A DNA stretch of 64,000 bases. Source: the human T2T-CHM13v2.0 reference genome, Homo sapiens. Made by a program: the position numbers and the translations under genes. A model generated the notes under the pieces. It saw nothing but the letters and a program-made list of their open reading frames with translations. It was not told the origin of the DNA and searched no databases. Positions 43,916 through 57,899 of the stretch are shown here, piece by piece (within the stretch, counting starts at the first letter, position 1; each line of letters opens with the position of its first letter). Location: the NCBI RefSeq assembly GCF_009914755.1, contig NC_060930.1, one strand, 5' to 3'.

Positions 43916-45193
43916 TCAGCTCCAGTAATATATGCTATCACTGGCATTCTTTCTTCTAAAAATTCTTTTCTGTAATGATAATGATAAATTACAGGTGGGT
44001 GCCTTCTATAATTTATTTTTTAGTAAGCATTACAGAGTTGATATTAATCTAAATATTCCTGAGCAACTATCATTTTCCCCTTTTATAACTAACATTCATC
44101 CACTTCTAACATTTTTATGAGCATCTGAAATGATATTTCAGTTTTTCTTCTTTTAGAATCTGATGTATTTCCCCATTCTTGAAGATCAACTACATAAAAA
44201 TAAATAATAAATGAAATCTCCAGACTTTCAGAAACAATACATAAACTATGGTCAAATGCTTTCTTATTGTGTTATTACATATAATCGGCACCTAAAAAAT
44301 CTGTTGAATTAAAGCTAAGTGACTCTGTTTAATGTCTGAAGTTCTCCATAAGCTAGCTTTTCACATCCTTTTCTTTGTCGTATGATCTACAATAGTGAGG
44401 CTGAACTTGCTGCATATAGAAACTATTTTCTGCCCATAAATGTTATCCAGGTTGGAACATGTTACACTCTCGTTGGAGGGTATAGTTTTTCAAATCTACA
44501 AAGCACTGAGATTTAATTCTGTGAATGAGGGTTGCTAACGGCCCATTCAGTTCAAATTAATTAGTAAGCATCTAGCATATCTTCTGGGAGGGGAGCTTAA
44601 GGCAATTTAGAAGCTGTCTGCCAGAGAACTTGCTGGTTGGGAAAAGACAATTACAGAATTTTCATTCAGACTAGAGGCTTCATGCTGCTGCATAATTTTT
44701 GTCTCCTGTTTTGCCAAGAGGAGGGGGAAGAAACGTGGATGTCAGGGGGAATACAGCAGGGATGCTTGGTGTTGAGCAATCTAATTTAGAATGCTAAAAA
44801 GACAACTTAATGCCTACTCTCTGATTAGGATGGAATTGATCAGCTCTCTCCCTAGAGAGAAAAAAATGAAAGAAAGCTACCTTTAAAAAGTTGGGAAGAG
44901 GTTCTGGAGTTTTGGGAAAAGGCAGGCATGGAAAACATTAAGAGATAAGAATGAGTTTTATTATAAAAGGTGTTACATTTAAATATAAAAAGAAGAATAT
45001 GGTTAAAAAGAAATGAGTGAAACAGAAGCGTTCCAAGGTATAAATATTTTTACAAAATATATTTAACTTCTAAATTAATTGTTTAAAAAATTAGTAATTG
45101 TGTTTGTTTATAAATGTCTAAGTATTGTAATGAAAAAGAAAGCTAGCTTTGTTAAAGGCAAAAGAGTGATTTACTAAAGCTTTTGACACCTTA

Positions 45194-45841
45194 TGTGGCA
45201 GACCAGGTCTCACTAATACAGGCCTTCATTACAACTGTCCCAGCGCTGACTGAGTAACTAGGTCAAACATTAAAAGCTGATTGAGCCAGTGCCCTTATAC
45301 AAAGGCTGGAATGTAACAAAAAGCCCACAAAGAGTTTTGCCTAGGCTTTTCCTGGGCCTTGAAGCGTGACAAGATAACAAAGGAATTCTTAACAGCATCC
45401 TTTAAGAATTAAACAAGTTTTATTGGGGGTCTGAAGAAACTTCCCAGGCCTGCACAAACAAGTTTATTGGGGCCTAAAGGAACTCTCAAAACCTTTATGA
45501 TTTAGTAGGAGAAATGATAATGGTAATCACCCCAGGATCAAGACCCATTTAGATTAAGTAAGCTTACTGAGGCTCCAGGGGAAGTTCTTCCAGACTCAGA
45601 CCTCAGTTATAGGTTAAAAGAAGTTAATCATTTATGTCTTTAGACGAATGCACACTTAGACGTAGACATATAGCTTAGAAGGTATATAAGCTCTGGAGAA
45701 GTTTGTAATATTGAGTTGGTCTGGCAATAATTTCTAGGCCTTCTCCCATAACCGGTTGCAGAAAATAAAACTTTCTTCATCTGCATCTTGTTATTGGGCC
45801 ACAAGAAATAGCAGCCCAGCCCTCAGTTTGGTCTGGGAACA
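45194..45841 (+). mobile_element. LTR15-like solo LTR (ERV1)
   Basis: Starts tgtggcagaccaggtctcactaa, ends gggaaca; TATA ~45683, AATAAA ~45764; near 4-bp TSD ctta/cttg. Confidence 0.8.
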
Positions 45842-46744
45842 CTTGGACATTCATTGGTATCTCACTTTTCTATGAATCCCCCACGATGCCTGTTATAGAG
45901 CTTTGCACTTAGTGGAAGCTCAATACACATTCTTTCTTATGTATGTACATGTGTATGCATGTAAACTTTACATACAATAAAATGTATAGATTTAAAACAC
46001 ACAATTCTATGTAACCAACACTCTAATCAAGAGATAGAACAATTCCACTACCAAGTTAATTCCTTCCTGTCCCTTTCTTGTCAGTCCTCACTACCCATAG
46101 GCAGCACCACTGTTCTGAATTCTATGGTCATAGATTAATTTTGCCTGCTTTTGTATGTCATCCAAATGGAGTATAGTATGTTTGGCTTTTTTTGTTCAGC
46201 AGGTTTTTATATATATCCATGTTATTGCTTTTATTAGTTCATTGCTTCCTTTATTGCTGAATAATGTTCTGTTGAGTAAACGGACCACAATTTGTTCTTC
46301 TATTCTCTGTTAATGGAACTCAGTTCATCAGGTTGTTTCTAATTTGGGACTATTTTTAATAAAGTTCCTATAAATATTCTTGTATTATTCTTTTTATGAA
46401 TGCATACTTTCACTTCCCTTGGGTAAATACTTACAATTGTAATTGCTAAGTAGTAGGGTAGATGTATGTTTATAAAAAAACTTTGAAGAGTTTGGTACTA
46501 TTTTACATTCCCACTAGCAATGCATGAGAATTCCAGTTTTTCCACATCCTTGCCAATGTTTTATGTTGTTAGCTTTTAAAATTTTGTTTCTTCTAGGGGC
46601 TATGAAATGATATCTCATTGTGGTTTCAATTTGAATACCTATGATGACCAAAGCTATTGAACATCTTTTTATGTGCTTAGAGGCCATTTAGAAAACCTTG
46701 TTTTGTGAAGTGTCTTTTTAAATCCTTTGCTTCTTTTTAATTAG

Positions 46745-47142
<398 letters not shown>

Positions 47143-47253
47143 GTTTTTCCAATCTTTAGCCATTCTTTTTTTATTTTCTTAACACTGGTTTTTGATAAGC
47201 AGAGATGTTTACTTTTGATGAAGTCTAACATATTATTTTTCTTGTAGTTCTTT

Positions 47254-47550
47254 CTTATTTTTATTTTTTTTAGAGATAGGGTCTCATTCCATCACCCATG
47301 CTGGGGTGATATGGCACAATCATAGCTTACTGCAGCCTCAAACTCCTTAAATCAAGCATCCTCCCACCTCAGCCTCCCAAGTACCTGGGCCTACAGGTGC
47401 AAGCCACCACACTCAGCTAATTTTTTTATTTTTTGTAAAAGTAGCAGTCTCTCTTTGTTGTCCAGGCTGGTCTGGAACTCTGGGCCTTAAGCAATTCTCC
47501 CTCCTTGACCTAAGTACAGGAATTACAGGTGTGAGCCACCATGCCTGGCC
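47254..47550 (-). mobile_element. AluJ
   Basis: atcatagcttactgcagcctcaaactcc; TSD tagttcttt. Confidence 0.88.
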
Positions 47551-49544
47551 TATAGTTCTTTTTGTATTCTAAGAAAATTTCACCCAACCCATAGTCACAT
47601 AGTTATTGTCCTATGCTTTGTTTTAAAAGAATTACAGCTTCCACTTTTGTCTTTACATTTGTGCTTCATACTGAATCAAATTGTGGATTGTATGAGTTAG
47701 AGCTATCTACTTGTTCTAGAACCATTTGTTGAAGAGATTAATTCATCCTCTGAATTTGGGCCAGTACCTTTGTTGAAAATCAATTGACCATCATTATTTT
47801 TTCTCTTCCATTAGTCTATATCTCCATTATTTTGCCAACATCATGCTGTTTTAGTTACTACTGATTTTCAATAAGGCTTAAAATCAGAGAACATGAGTCT
47901 TCCAACTCTATTTCTCTTTCATTAAAAGTCTTTGTTAGCCTTTTCTAAAGTTTATTTTCTCTGCTGAGATAGCTCATCTCTTTATTTATTATGTCCATTT
48001 TTTTAAGTCCTGAATATGTCTATAATAGCATTTTGAAAAATACATGTCTGCTAATTCTAACATCTGAGTCATTTCACAGTATCTCTTTATTGACAACTCT
48101 TTTCTCTAATCATGGGTCGTCTTTTCCTGGTTCTTTGCATGTCCAGTAATTTTTACTGTAGACTAAATATTGTGGCTGATTCATTGAAGGGAGTCTAGAT
48201 TGTATTGCTTTTCTTTAGTGTTAAATTTTGCTCCGGCAGGCAGTTAAATCACTAGAAAATAATTTTGATTCTCTTAGTTTGGATTTACTTGTTGTTGGGG
48301 TAAGTTTGTTTCAGTGCTTCCTAGTCCTTGGGTATTGTCATTGTTTCAGTAGGTGATTCTTACTCAAGGTATGGTCTTTCCAGGTTTTCCAGTGGAATTC
48401 CCATGGTGCTCAGTAAGCTCTGTCTATCCGAGCTGGGTCAGAACTCTAACATCTCCTCATCCTACAAGACTTCTGGTATTGTTTTTAGCTCCCAGACCCA
48501 CTGCAACCACACTATGCTATGTATTGTAAACCTTTGTCCTGAATGTGTGCAATTCGGTCCTCAGCCAAGGACCTACAGGGAGTCACCTGCAGACTTCTAG
48601 GGTATCTCGTGTGAAGATTCTTCCTCCTTGATTTATACTCCTACCAATTCTCTAGTAGCCTCCTCCCCAGTCCTGATCTCTGATCTGTTCTTCTCATCAT
48701 GAAGTGCTCCATTCACTGTTTGAGCCTCACCTCCCATTTGGGCTGTTTGGGAAATTGATCCCAGATGAAAGCTTGAGTGAATGTGGGCTTATCTCTTTTA
48801 ATTCCTTTCTCTCAGAAGGTTCTGAACTGCCCATATTCAATGCCTGAAAACAATTGCCTCATATGCTTTGTCCAGTTTTATCGTTTTTCACACTGGGAGA
48901 ACAAGTCTTTTACCAGTTGCTACATCCTGGAGAGATGAAGTCAATAAACACTTTAAGCATTTTAAGGGAATCAGTGCTGTAATTGTAAATGGAAACTCCA
49001 GAAGAAAGCAACCAAACTTCTATGAGCATCCGTTGTAAGCACATTTTGTAAAATAGCTCAGTGTCTGCTGGACTTTTGTATTACTACAAAACAATATTCC
49101 GTTTCCTTAAAAATACTTCATTTATCTAAAAACTAAATTTATAATTAAAATTCACCTTTACCTCAAAGACTTAAAGCTCAAAGTTTAGCTTCTCCACAAA
49201 GGTTCTCAATACTAATCACTTATGTTGCATTATTTTTATTTTTTTTTCTTCCTTAGATGTCAAATACTTGCTTTTTATCTCTTTGTTTTGTATATAGGTT
49301 GCTCCAATTTTTCCTCAGTTTACAAGTTCCATTAGATAAATTCTTTTTGTGTAGCCTGCACTTCATTCAAGAAGTGGCCTTGTTTAGAATATTTGTGAAA
49401 AGGGCAGCTCTAACTCTTCTTCCATGCCTATGATCAATGCAATACTTTTGAATGCTTCATTAGTCTAGAAGCAAACAGAATCAATTCCCTGTTCTTAACT
49501 AATACTGACACTTGGAAAATTCATCACATGTTTTAATCTGTAGG

Positions 49545-50220
49545 TCTCACCTTTCTATAGGGCTGAAGACAGATTTTTAAATATCTGCTGAGTGACTTTA
49601 ACTGGATGTTCTGCTGGCACTAACTCAAAAGTCCAAAACCAAAATTTCCTCTTTCTACTCTCCAAGATTTCCTTTCTTCCTATGATTTCTATTACATCCC
49701 CATGGAAATCCAAATTAGAAACCACAGAATGTTTTTTTTTTCTCATCTTCTCACTTACTTCTCACTTGCAATATGATTTATTCATTGTATTTTGGAATTT
49801 TTTTATCCATTATCTTTTCATTCCTATTGCCATAGTCCTATTTGAGGCCTTATCACTACTTCCAGCAGGATCATAGCAGTAATTTTCTGAATAAATTTGT
49901 ACCTCCCTCCTTCACATGCTGCCAGGCTATGTTTCTAAAGTAGATTTATAATATCATCTTCTTACACAAAAATTTTTGCTAGCTCACTGTCACTTGTGGG
50001 AAAAAGACCAAGTTTCTGAACATAGCATTTTCACTTTTAACATTTCACTCATACCTCTTTTTCAGGCTCAGTTTCCACTCTGTTTGTTTTTCCTCTCTAT
50101 CTGGGATGGCATGTTCTTGGCATGCCTATTATCAGTTCTAAGTTTTGCTACCCAGAACAGGTATTACCCATCACAGTGCACATTGCTGTATTCTGGGAGT
50201 CCACTATCAGTGAATTAATT
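49545..50220 (+). mobile_element. L2 fragments
   Basis: ctggatgttctgctggcactaactcaaaagtccaaaacc and cacatgctgccagg motifs. Confidence 0.6.
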
Positions 50221-50558
50221 TGCTGCTTCTCCTCTTACTATAAGTTGCTAACCAGGCACTTCCAACCCATTCCTCAACTCTGATTAAACTGATCAACTTA
50301 ATAATACAAATGCTCTGAAATCTTTGCTATTGTACTTCTACTTCTGCTATTTTCTTATACCAGAAAAGTCTTCTTTCAATGTGTTCTTCATCCAAAACCC
50401 TCATAGTATTTTTTAATGTAACTTTTTAATGTTTTCACTGTTTTCTTCTAAAAAATATTTATTACATTAATTAGGCTTCATCTGTATGCCAGGTAATATG
50501 CTAAATGCATCATGCATTTTTATTATTTCATGAAATTCTCAAAAGAATACAAGGTACT

Positions 50559-50919
50559 TGATATGGTGTGGCTCTGTGTCCCTACCCAAATCTTGTCTTG
50601 AATTGTAATCTTCAAGTGTCAGAGGAGGGGCCTGGTGGGAGGTGTTTGGATCATGGGGGGGGGGACTTCCCCCTTGCTGTTCTCATGATTGTGAGTTCTC
50701 AGGAGATCAGATGGTTTAAAAGTGGCACTTTCCCCTTCGCTCTCTCTCTCTCACCTGCTTCTCTGTGGTAAGACATGCTTGCCTCCCTTTCCACCACGAT
50801 TAGACATTTCCTGAGGCTTCCCTAGCCATGGGGAACTGTGAGTCAATTAAACCCTTTTTCTTCATAAATTACCCAGTCTCAGGTAGTTCTTCATAGCAGT
50901 GTGATAATGAACTAATACA
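50559..50919 (+). mobile_element. THE1D-like solo MaLR LTR
   Basis: tgatatgg...aactaataca; perfect 5-bp TSD gtact. Confidence 0.9.
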
Positions 50920-51739
50920 GTACTCTTTACTGTTTTTTATATCTTATTTAGTTAGGTAAATGTCCTATATTTACTCCTAGATTAGAGTTTCTTCCAGAGC
51001 AGGATTCAGGTCAAGTTTATTTTTTTCCCTCCCATATAACTGTGACTTGCAATATACAACTTGCTGAACTAAATTTGTCTTCCTCTTTTTCTTGCTACCT
51101 TATTGCTTTCTCTCTCTTCCCCTGTATTTTTTTCCTCTATTTCTAGTGCATTTACTGTTTGGAGATTTTTTGGGTAATTTTAACTAAAGTTTCCTGGGGT
51201 TTCACCAGTCTATGAATACAACCTGTGAAACAAGTTAATAATCACTTTTCACCAGCTGTTATCATCATCGAGTTGATGTCACAAATATCTATGTATACCC
51301 AAGGTGACTCATTAGTTTTTGAATAGTCCTCTTATGTTCTTTGTTATTCTCTGAAGTTTTTTAGGGCCATCTTCCCACTAATGATGCTCCCGGAACACAT
51401 TATTTCCTGGCTCTACTCAAACTATATACCTAAAGTACACATCCTATCCCTCAATGTACTGAAAATAACTGGTATTCTGAGGAGATGAGTGGAGAATATA
51501 CTTACAATACCTGTTGTGACCTACCTTGTCACTTTTGACATCAAATTAGAACTGCTTTTACTTTTGAGAAAGTGTCCTGTTAACACAATTACTGTACCTT
51601 ATACTTATTACTTCTCCATAGGGCATTATTTACAGACTTTTGTGTTTGCCTTTTCCAGCCTCCATTCCACAATTCTCTCCCAATAACCCCAGTTTTTAGA
51701 TGAGCATCAGTTATTTAAAAAATTTTCAATATCTTCTGT

Positions 51740-52028
51740 GTAGGGCTCCATACCTCTGCTACCTGCTTGAGCACCTGACTCAAGCCAAAGTCAATCTAAA
51801 CTATCCAACGTTATTGTAGTCACACTATCAGTTTCACATGTTAAAATGTGACTTAAGGCAGTCTAACTGGAATAAACCTTTATATTTCCATGGGGGCTAC
51901 TAGGAAAGAGGCTTGCCATTTCCAGTGGGTTTAAAACTACAAAGATGGAGTTTCTGCAGCCATTTTGGCACCAAAATGAAAGTTTTTTTTAAGAGAAGAA
52001 GTCCAAAATGAAGTGAAGCCAAGAAATG

Positions 52029-52061
<33 letters not shown>

Positions 52062-52208
52062 CTAGAAATTGATGATATGATGTTAACACCTTTGTATAGC
52101 TGAATCTAAAACTGGACTTTTCTGTAATGCTGGACAATAAATACCTTTTTGCCCAAGCCAGTTTGGTCTGAATTTCTCTTACTTGTAGCAAAGGAGGCTA
52201 ACTGAAAT
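51740..52208 (+). mobile_element. MLT1K-like LTR with (GA)n at 52030-52052
   Basis: ctgcagccattttgg...ggacttttc...caataaatacc...aagccagtttgg. Confidence 0.65.
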
Positions 52209-55009
52209 GGATTTAGGCATGAATCCACCAGGCCATTCTCTAATATGGAAATCATTGCAACCACATAGTACGAATTGAAAATGCCATATTCTTATTAATA
52301 CCATTTCAGACCATCCGACCATCTACTCTCAGAAATAGACCGTTGTCTCTGAGATTGGTGCTTACCTTAAATCAGACAATTATAAAACTTTTTCCAGGAT
52401 CCAAAATTGGGGCCAGAGATAATGAGGCAAAGTCACCTCTAGTAGCAATGTTTTCAGCCATGTGGCACAAGCCTGTCTGATGGAATAAAACCTAGAAGGA
52501 GAAGAGAAGCAAAGTCTAGAAACATGTGGACTTTTCAATAAATTCCTTTTCCCCAAGCCAGCTTGAGAACAGATTAAGACAAACAACAAGGAAGTGATTA
52601 AGCAAGAATTAAATCCAAGTCTGTTGGATCCCAAGGCATATTACATCATTACTTTAATACAGTGATACTTCCTTATGTTTGCTTAGTGCCTGATATGGTG
52701 CTTGGTAAAGTGAATCATTTTTGTTAGATTTGTATGCTACACTTACATTTGATAAACTGTTTTCAAAAAGATTTATCCAAAACTGTGTAGGAATCCCTGG
52801 AACAAATGTCACTTGGTTATATTTCTGTTACTCACTTCACTGGAGAAGCACCCTGGCTATAAGGATGGCATTTGTGTCTGTTTCCTTTTGGGAATACCCT
52901 TTGGGGCCATATTGCACTCCCTGAACTATAAGCTGAGATCCTGCTCTCAGGTAAAATTTCATATATTGAACAGCATCAAGTGATTCTATATTGAGAAGTA
53001 AATGCATGATAATGAAAAGGAAAAAAAAGCTTAGAATGGGAAGAGTCTACCTGCTCTTTTGCAGAAAGGCCAACAACTTTTAATAGAGCAATTTTTTAAC
53101 AAATATTTTTTTCTCCTCCATAATTGAAAAAGTGTCTTTAGTCTGAACTTCCAACACTGGCAGACTCTGAATGATATGTATCATTTTTATGACCAAAACT
53201 AGGTCCAGTGATAAGGTATAATATAATTTCTGTAATTTATTTCTTATTCTACTTCAGCCTATAATGATCTGGAGAAGAAAATTAAAAAGTTGTATTTACA
53301 TTAAACTTCTAGCCTTACATGGTCTATTTAAGTTCCCTGGAGAAAGAAAAAAAAGTTCCTGAAAATGAGTGATTAATGCTTCCAAGAAAGGCATATTGAG
53401 GGGTCAGCTCACAAACAGGCATTTTTATAGAGAGGGTCTGAAATAAATTTTTAGAACCTCCTTCTGTCTCAATTTAATCGTTATGGAGTGGGTAAGTAGT
53501 ATACTTTGTCCAAGAGGTTTAGACCTAGTTTTTCTTCATTTTTTGTAGCAGCTTATAAAAATATCTGAAGAGGAACTGAGTTACATTTTTAAAATTCTGT
53601 ATCTCCTGCCATTCTGATTAGTAATCTTCACCCATTCTTACCTCAGGGACGGGGGTGTCTCTAAGGAAATCTTACTCCCGTTTTTCTCCATAAGAAGATT
53701 AGCAATCAGAGCACAGGGTCTCTTGGGAAAGCAGGTTAAAGTGGAAAAGCTGATGAGAATCCTCTGGATGGAGTTTCCTTTTCAGTGAGCTTCTCAAACA
53801 TAAATATGTTATGGTTGATAATTTGGAATAAGTATTTAATGGAGCAAAAATTATCAGGGAGGAACATTCTCTAATGAATTTCAATAGATAATACACAGAT
53901 TTTTCTATTCTATTTTTTTCTGCCATATCAACTTTCAGTAGGCCTGATGCAACAGAGAGAACATGAACAAAAAAAAAATGCTAACTTAATTTCACAGAGA
54001 ACCAGGATATATATATGTAGTTTTAGGGAAATGTTCTAATTTCTCATGTTTTAGCAATCAATGTTAGCTACTTATTTAGCATCCACTTTTTTTTGACTCT
54101 TGAGATATCTCTATTAGAATAACTGAAATGAAATTATAAGGAAGTAGAAGAGCCTTTGAGTGTGTTGCAGAAGCTGTCTTTATCATCATATTTTTAACAG
54201 GGAATTGGAAAATAAAGATGTGAGGATCATCTTTTATGTTCTGCAATCTGAATATCTGAATCTGAAAGCAATTAATTTTTACCTAATTGTAGTTAATTCT
54301 GGTCTAGATTGTGAAAATAAGTTTTCAAACAAATTCCTTACAATAGTCTATGTTGCAGCATACTGGCTCAATCCTAACCTCTACTATTACTATTTAATAC
54401 AAAAATACGGGCTTGGCAGAAAAATTAAGACAGCATCAAAAAAACAGGCATAGAACTCTTCTTTCACAATGCCTATATCCCACTGCCCCCACTCCCACTG
54501 ACTGGATTCAAGCTCTGTTTCTCTCTGGAAATGGAAGGTTAGTATAAAAATCTAAGGGCACATATTTGATTCCTTCTCTTTCACAACTCCCTGTGAGAAT
54601 GCTCAGCTGAACTTTATCACAACAGTGCAAGACACAAAGGAACTAAGGGCTTCTCTGGAGCTAGAGCAGGTGAGGGGTGGGGAGCCCATCTAACTCCTCA
54701 CTGCCTGCCTATTCTCCTTGTCTGGAGCTTGGTCATGAACCTTCACTGCCACCTGTTTACCTGTTAAAAATCTCTTCTGGACCCCCAGAGTCCTTTAGGA
54801 ATTTACAAGGACATAAGGACATGATGAAGTCACTCGTATGTGTTAATAAGAATTCATATCAATTTCAGTCTAGAAAGAGATGTTAAATATAATAATCATA
54901 ATAGCTAACCCTTGTGTCGCTATTACTGTGGGTCAAGTAGTATCCTAGCACAAAATTATACATTTTAATAATGTGTGTGGGTTGTAATTAATTATAGAGT
55001 ATGACTAAG

Positions 55010-57860
55010 GCTGATATAGTTAGCATTTATTCTCTTTTGTGTGTCTTTCTGTGCTATGGAGTCCAGAACACTAAAATATATTTTCCATACTCTGAAGCCA
55101 TGGTTTTGGATAAAAGCTAGTTTCTACCAATTAGATGTATTCATATGAGATTTTGAAAGCAAAATAAAACTGCAGCTCTATTTTTGCTGCTGCTTCTACA
55201 GGCAAACAATGTTGTAGTGATATGGCTATTCATAATAGTTTTTCCTTTGATACCTGAATTGTTGTAACAATGGTATACCCTTGAATTCAATAATTATAGT
55301 GATAGCCTCCTGATTGCTACTTCTCTAGCTCTTCAAATGATAAGACCTGTTTCTTTGCACTAAATTCCTTTCTTCTTAAAAAAATTTAGTGTAATTTCTG
55401 TTTGAGTTAGAACTTGACTAATACCATATTAGATACCATGAATGTCTTCATGCAATAGACCTGTAGGAAAGGACATCTGTAACTGGTATCTAACCTGGTA
55501 GGATCTGAAGACAATGCTAATCAGCTTGCAGTTGGAAAATAAAATATTGGCCCATAGAGTGCAAAGGCAAAAAAGTTACTTAAATTATTGTTAGTAATTG
55601 CCTGTAAGAACATTCCCATGGAAGGCAGGTTAAGTGAGGGTAAATATAGGACGTAGTGTGAATGGGGATCACAGGTACTGTGGAGTGGGTAGATTCTCAC
55701 AACACTGGCAAAATAAAAAAAAATTATTTGAAGAGGATGAAAAGAAAAGTCACAGACTGGGAGAAAATATTTACAAAATATATATCTGATAAAGGACTGT
55801 CATCCAAAATATCCAAGAACATTTAAACTCCAAGAACATTAAACAATAAGGAATCAAAGAACCTGCTAAAAAATGGGCAAGAGATCTGAACAGACACCCA
55901 TCTCACCAAAAAAAAATACAGATTGCAAATAAGCACATCAAAAGATGCTCTATATCATATGTCATCAGAAAACTGCAAATTAATCAGCATAATATGTCAC
56001 TCTACACCTATTAGAATGACCAAAATCTAGAACACTGACACCACCAAATGCTTGTGAGGATGTGGAGCCACAGGAACTCTCATTTGTTATTGGTGGGAAT
56101 GCAAATGATACAACCACTTTGGAAGACACTTTGGTAGTTTCTTACAAAGGTAAATATATTCTTACCATATGATCCAGAAATCATGTTTCTTAGTATTTAC
56201 ACAAAGGAGTTGAAAACATACGTTCACACAAGAAAGTCTGTATATATGTTAATAGCAGCTTTTTTCATAATTGCGAAAACTTGGAAGCAACCAATATTTC
56301 CTTCTGTAGATGAGTGAATAAATAAAGAGTGGTGTGTATCCAGACAATGGAAGAATATTCCATCCTAAAAAATTAAAAAATGAATTGTGAAAGAAAATGG
56401 AGGAAACTTAAATGCCTATTATTAAGTTAAGAAGCCAGTCTGAATACATACTATATAATTCCAGCTGAATGTCATTTTAGAGAAGGTAAAACTATGGAGA
56501 CAGTAAGATAAGCAGTTGCCAGGGGTTAGGGAGGAGGGAATGATGAATAGGCAGAGAGTGGAAATTTTTTAGGGCAGTGAAACTATTCTGTATAATACCA
56601 ACATGGTGGATACATGTTCTTATAGATTTTTCCAAACCCACAGAATGTACATCCCTAAGAGTGAACTCTAGTGTAAACTATGACCTTTGAGTGATAATGA
56701 TGTTCCGGTGTAGGTTCATCAGTTATAACAAATGTAACACTCTGGTTTAGGATATCCATAGTGGGAAACCTACGTACCTGTGAGGATAGGGGAGCATAAT
56801 GGAACTCTCTTTACTTTCTGCTCAATTTTGTAGTGAACTTAAAACTTCTCTAAAAAATAGAGTATATTTAAAAAACAAAAACAAAAAGAAAAATTCATAA
56901 CTCTTTGCCTGATCAGAGGACTAGGGATTTTCTATCGATGGTCTAAAGGAATCTCACAGCTAATATTTCTGAAAATGAGACCATCAGATACAATGGATTA
57001 ATGAAACAATGTAAATTGAATTAATAGCTTCACTATATATTTTATGTGAATTTTTGGATATCTATTGCGAAGGATAGAAATACTAAGAAATTGAATTTGA
57101 GTATTTTGATAAATAAGTCTGAGCACTGTTAACCAAAATGTCCTATTGAGTCATCCTTGATAACAAGAGTGTTTTTTTTTTTCTTGTTGTCTTGGTATGC
57201 TAGTCTGACCTGCATGAAGGCTCTTCAGTGACATCAATTAATATATTTTCTTGAGGAGACATGAACTTTCCTCATGCCCATGTCTTACCACTCATAGCCT
57301 CCAACATGCTCCTCTACCTCCTACTTGGCCCTGAAGGCCAAATACAAGGTATGACCCAAAACAATTACAAAATTTTTCTAAATTATGCGTGTAGAAACTT
57401 GAGAAATGTGAGAATCTATTCTAAGAGTTCCAGACCTAGGAAAAAGGAACATAGGTTTCAATTAAGTTGAGTTTAATATGGGAGCACATGCCAGAGAGAT
57501 TATGGATTTGTTGTACTAGCCCAAGAGGGTGAGAGTGGCTCCATATGCTTTTTGGTTGACTAAAGTCTGCATTCAGTGGTGACCTGCACTAAGTACAGCT
57601 CAAGTACGGCAAGTCCCAATAGGAGAATTATAGGGCAAGACACAGGGTCATGAAAAAAAAAGCCATGACCTCTTTTACAGATGACTATCCTGTTTTGAGA
57701 AAGAATTCCTGGCTTGACATTGGTTCCTGATAGAAGCCAAATGCCTGACCATGAGATATCAAGTGATCACATGACTAAACAGGACCACTATCTGATCCAC
57801 AAAGTCACAAAGTTAGGGATCAGCAGCAGCATTCCATTTGAAAGTGAAAATTCAATTAAA
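55010..57860 (+). mobile_element. Second decayed ERVL: LTR (55010-55425, LTR33/41/50-like) plus internal gag and RNaseH pieces
   Basis: LTR ends gactaatac; leader 55426-55720; gag resumes 56890; pol connection-like 57650-57850 (gcctgaccatg...tctgatccacaaagtcacaaagttagg). Confidence 0.6.
55730..56885 (+). mobile_element. L1MC1/2-like 3' end inserted in the ERVL
   Basis: gtgtaggttcatcagttataacaaatgtaacactctgg...ctcaattttgtagtgaacttaaaac. Confidence 0.85.
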
Positions 57861-57899
57861 AAATGGTCAAATTCAAGAAATCATACAATACCAAACAAT

